From an uncultured delta proteobacterium (GTDB lineage: Bacteria; Desulfobacterota; Binatia; UBA9968), in contig CAVUZH010000015.1 of assembly GCA_963745835.1 (NCBI GenBank), forward strand, positions 1 through 64,000: 64,000 nucleotides of DNA, read 5' to 3'. The first letter of the stretch is position 1; each line of letters opens with the position of its first letter. Of this stretch, positions 60,805 to 64,000 are shown piece after piece. Below the pieces are notes generated by a model, which saw only the letters and a list, made by a program, of their open reading frames with translations, searched no databases and was not told where the DNA came from. Position numbers and translations under genes: made by a program.

Positions 60805-60882
60805 CCGTCATTCGCCAATGCTTCTATCGGGAATCCAGGCAGACTGGAACTAGAACCCCGATTAAAACGTTCGGGGTAACGC
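60805..60882. repeat. REP-like hairpin element
   Basis: CGTCATTCGCCAATGCTTCTATCGGGAATCCAG ... CCCCGATTAAAACGTTCGGGGTAACG. Confidence 0.45.
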
Positions 60883-60985
60883 CTTCTAAATTCTCATCGC
60901 TATGTTCTGATAACGCAGCAGGTTGCTGGGAATTAAGTCAATTCGTCCGTTACTGATTCGGCACCTCGGAATTTTAATTATTACA

Positions 60986-61843
60986 TTACCCATCTGGATT
61001 CTTTTTCAGCCGCCTCGGCTTCGATCCTTTATAATTCCACAACAAGTGTCGTGGAATCGGGCCTTTGTTGCGCTCGCCCGATTGGCTTTCTTCCCAGGCG
61101 TGTGCCAGAGCGCCGACGGAGCGCGATAATACAAACAGACCACGGCAAAGCGGCGGTGGAAATCCGAGCTCCGCGAAAACGACGCCTGTGGCGCCGTCGA
61201 TGTTCATCGGAATTTTTCGTCCCTGGCGCTTGGCTAGCAGGTTTTCGACGCCACGGCCGATCATTGCAAAAATTCCAGAGACATGGCCAGCACGGGTTGC
61301 ATCATCGACGAGTTTAAGTAATTTCGGCGCGCGGGGATCGATGGGATGAAAGCGATGACCGAAGCCGGGAATGTGCTGAATCCCTTTGTTGGCCAGGATA
61401 TCCATCTCCTTTTCGATAGCCGTCTCGAGCGCATGTCGATCTTTTGCAGCTCCGGGCTCACCATTCAAACGGCTGGCGATGGCATTGTAAAACTGCACGC
61501 ACTGTTCGCCGGCGCCGCCGTGAATATCGCCCAGGACATTGATCGCGGATGCCATGGCGTTGTTGATATGAACGCCGCAGGTCACGGCCATGCGCGCGAT
61601 CGCGATGGACGGCGCCTGGGGACCGTGATCGACCGCGGCCACGAGAGCCGCTTCAAGAAGCTTAGCTTGGACGGGTTGCGGCAAATCGCCGCGCGTCAGT
61701 AGCCATATCATATTGACGAATCCTACGCCTCCGATCAGGTCCTCGATCGCGTACCCACAATAACGAATGACACCCGGTTCCATTTCGATGATCGAGGTCG
61801 ACCACCACTCTTCCGGTGTTACGTGCTTCTTGCTTTTAGCCAT
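60986..61843 (-). CDS. Citryl-CoA lyase / citrate-synthase-like protein
   Basis: W.T.I....PG.I.Y.GY.IEDLIG, VDHG, GDIHGGA, PGFGHRFH.DPR, MNIDG, LSRSVG.LAH.WE. Confidence 0.9.
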   Translation of the reverse strand: MAKSKKHVTPEEWWSTSIIEMEPGVIRYCGYAIEDLIGGVGFVNMIWLLTRGDLPQPVQAKLLEAALVAAVDHGPQAPSIAIARMAVTCGVHINNAMASAINVLGDIHGGAGEQCVQFYNAIASRLNGEPGAAKDRHALETAIEKEMDILANKGIQHIPGFGHRFHPIDPRAPKLLKLVDDATRAGHVSGIFAMIGRGVENLLAKRQGRKIPMNIDGATGVVFAELGFPPPLCRGLFVLSRSVGALAHAWEESQSGERNKGPIPRHLLWNYKGSKPRRLKKNPDG

Positions 61844-61959
61844 GTTCGCCTCGAATCCTGCTTCGGGCAATGCGAAAAAGCCCAGATCCAACAACATCAT
61901 TGCAAGTTATCATCCCGCAGGCATGCAGCACATCCGCCGCCAGCAAAATGGTTTCTATT

Positions 61960-62066
61960 CACCACGAAAGCGCACGAAGGACACGAAGAACGGACAATCG
62001 AGCTAGAACACGACCGGACTTCAATATGTTTTCTCTTACTTCGTGCACTTTGTGTCCGCCGTGGTG
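61960..62066. repeat. REP-like periodic inverted doublet
   Basis: CACCACGAAAGCGCACGAAGGACACGAAG ... CTTCGTGCACTTTGTGTCCGCCGTGGTG. Confidence 0.65.
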
Positions 62067-62129
62067 GCATACTGCGGATAAACTACCAACACAGGAGACA
62101 CTGCACTAGATCGGGCGCGACTCTTCGCC

Positions 62130-63329
62130 TCATAGAGCGCCGCTCTGCTTAAGCTCATGGATCGCGTCCTGATCGTAACCAAGCTCGATGAGAATTTTTT
62201 CTGTGTCGGCGCCGAGAACCGGCGGAGGCGTGACTGCTTGCGGATCTCCGCTGGCCAAGCGAAATCCTGATCGCAGGACGGCGATGTCTCTGTCGATTCC
62301 GGGGGTTGCCCCGAATCGCTGGATCAGATCACGTTCGATCGTCTGTGGATGTTGTAACACTTGAGGGATGGAGAGGACCTCGCCGCTTGGAACTCCGTTC
62401 TTATTGAAAAGCTCGGACCATTCCTTGGCGGATTTCGCCGCCAGGGCCACCTCGATCTCGCGATTAAGCTCGTGGCGTCGTATCTTGCGGTCTTCACGGT
62501 TGACGAAGCGAGGATCATTGGCGAGCTCTTTGCGGCCGATGATCTCACAGAGCCTGTTGAACTGCTCTTGTTGGTTGGCGGCAATGTTAAGAAGTCCGTC
62601 TCCGGTCTTGAAAGTTCCCGACGGGCTGGCCGTCACGTTTTCATTGCCCATCGGTTCCGGCGTTATGCCGGCGATCAGCCAATTTGAAACTGCCCAGCCC
62701 ATGGTCACGAGGGTAGCCTCGAGCATCGACACGTCGATGAGTTCACCTTCCCTATTACGCTGGCGCCGAAAAAGCGCCGCTGCCACCGCGAACGCGGCGG
62801 TGATGCCGCCAACGGTGTCGGCGATTGGATAACCGACGCGCAGCGGCGCGGAGTTTTTGTCCCCGGTTACGCTCATCACGCCTGATAGACCTTGAACAAT
62901 CTGATCGTAAGCTGGGTTATCTTTCAACGGTCCGGTTTGGCCGAAGCCCGAAATCGCGCAATAGATCAGATCACGCTTAGACTTCTTGAGCGCCTCGTAA
63001 CTGAGCTCGAGGTGATCCATGACCCCGGGGCGGAAATTTTCCACGATCACATCGGCGGTAGCCACGAGGCGACGGAAAACTTCTTTTCCCGCCGGATTCT
63101 TGAGATTGATCGTCAACGATCGCTTGCCGGCATTCTGAGCCAGGAAGGAGGCGCCCATCAGATGTTTGTTGAGCTCCGGATCGGCGCCCAATTGTCGCGC
63201 CAGATCTCCCGATTTGGGCACCTCGATTTTGATGACGTCGGCGCCAAGCTGCGCGAGCTGGTAACAGCAAAAAGGGCCGGCGAGCACATTTGTCAAATCC
63301 AGAACTCGTACGCCTTCGAGAAGCTTCAT
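62130..63329 (-). CDS. CoA transferase family III (CaiB/BaiF)
   Basis: VLDLT.VLAGP, LGADVIKIE, ENFRPG, ISGFGQTGP, PIAD catalytic Asp. Confidence 0.95.
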   Translation of the reverse strand: MKLLEGVRVLDLTNVLAGPFCCYQLAQLGADVIKIEVPKSGDLARQLGADPELNKHLMGASFLAQNAGKRSLTINLKNPAGKEVFRRLVATADVIVENFRPGVMDHLELSYEALKKSKRDLIYCAISGFGQTGPLKDNPAYDQIVQGLSGVMSVTGDKNSAPLRVGYPIADTVGGITAAFAVAAALFRRQRNREGELIDVSMLEATLVTMGWAVSNWLIAGITPEPMGNENVTASPSGTFKTGDGLLNIAANQQEQFNRLCEIIGRKELANDPRFVNREDRKIRRHELNREIEVALAAKSAKEWSELFNKNGVPSGEVLSIPQVLQHPQTIERDLIQRFGATPGIDRDIAVLRSGFRLASGDPQAVTPPPVLGADTEKILIELGYDQDAIHELKQSGAL

Positions 63330-64000
63330 ATAAAACTGGAGTCAAAGAACTGCTGATTTGTGATTGACCGATTAGGAGTCCGCGCCGTTTCTTCAAACTT
63401 CGACAGGTATCCCTCGAAGAACGAGTCTACAAAGTTAAGGCCGATCGATCGGCCGTTCTGACAAGTTATGATTTGCGCCTGTGAAAGCACCCGCCGGAAG
63501 AGTTCCGTGCGAAACCGTTTGTTCTCGATCAATCCGTGTTTAGTCCAAAAATACATGCGGCCGGATTCGGCAAATTCTCTGAGTAGCTCAAAGCCGATTT
63601 CTATTCTGGGTGTGAAACTTCGCTGCTTCATCAAGGTTTCGAAATCCATGGAAGTCTGAAGCGGCAAGCCCTTGAGAAAATTCACAATCCGGGTTGTGAC
63701 AAAAAGCGTGTAGATTTCATCTCGGCAAAAACCTTCGGTTTCGATTGCCATTGCCGTCAGGCGCGCTCGAACGTAGTCTGTCTCGGTGAGCTCGAGGCCG
63801 CGCGCAATCGGCGCATCGGGAGTTCGATAAAAAGGCGATGCGCCGAGCAGGACCGGCAGCTGTGCGTTGAACGCAAGAGTTTGGATCATGCTGTCCAGGC
63901 TTTCATTGGGCAGGCCGAGAATCTGATAGGAGACCACTTTAAAGCCGAGCGCATGCGCTTGGCGAACGATCTTCAAATAAGCTTCCAAGGTGTGCGGCCG
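63326..64000 (-). CDS. C-terminal part of a radical SAM protein (truncated by window edge)
   Basis: RPH....Y..IV..AH.LG..V.SYQILGLPNE..DSM..T...F...P pattern; the CxxxCxxC motif lies outside the window. Confidence 0.6.
   Translation of the reverse strand, partial: RPHTLEAYLKIVRQAHALGFKVVSYQILGLPNESLDSMIQTLAFNAQLPVLLGASPFYRTPDAPIARGLELTETDYVRARLTAMAIETEGFCRDEIYTLFVTTRIVNFLKGLPLQTSMDFETLMKQRSFTPRIEIGFELLREFAESGRMYFWTKHGLIENKRFRTELFRRVLSQAQIITCQNGRSIGLNFVDSFFEGYLSKFEETARTPNRSITNQQFFDSSFI

Noticed and set aside
1-64000. tRNA (including tRNA-Sec), rRNA, sel genes, prophage or integron integrase
   Set aside because: None recognised by eye; Sec machinery, if present, must lie outside this window.

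Overview
Bacterial window, GC-rich; the many stand-alone NMT1/THI5-type solute-binding proteins suggest Candidatus Binatia or a related lineage (inference only). About 1-41 kb is an accessory, mosaic region: catabolic and housekeeping genes mixed with at least seven relics of REP-associated HUH/Y1 (RAYT-like) transposases, REP-like palindromes, duplicated gene ends and one intact IS110-family element. About 41-64 kb is core-like: ABC transporter, ybbP-ybbA/tesA, tctCBA, citryl-CoA lyase-like protein, CoA transferase and a radical SAM C-terminus. Two features are invisible in the ORF track. (1) ORFs 24288..24494 and 23298..24257 plus an unannotated tail form one 449-codon minus-strand frame (23145..24494) broken only by two in-frame UGA codons. 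Both sit at Cys-like positions and each is followed by a SECIS-like hairpin, giving a candidate two-selenocysteine membrane protein (unnamed membrane domain + DedA + rhodanese). The second UGA is kept in two diverged partial copies elsewhere in the window. (2) The IS110 element (about 11201..12759) has a 3' non-coding region whose loops match its own target flanks and donor end, as expected of a bridge/seek RNA; the reconstituted target is the terminus of a RAYT-like element. Several genes carry single-base frameshifts that may be assembly indels or real decay. I found no tRNA, rRNA or CRISPR array. All family calls come from motif recognition by eye; no searches were run.
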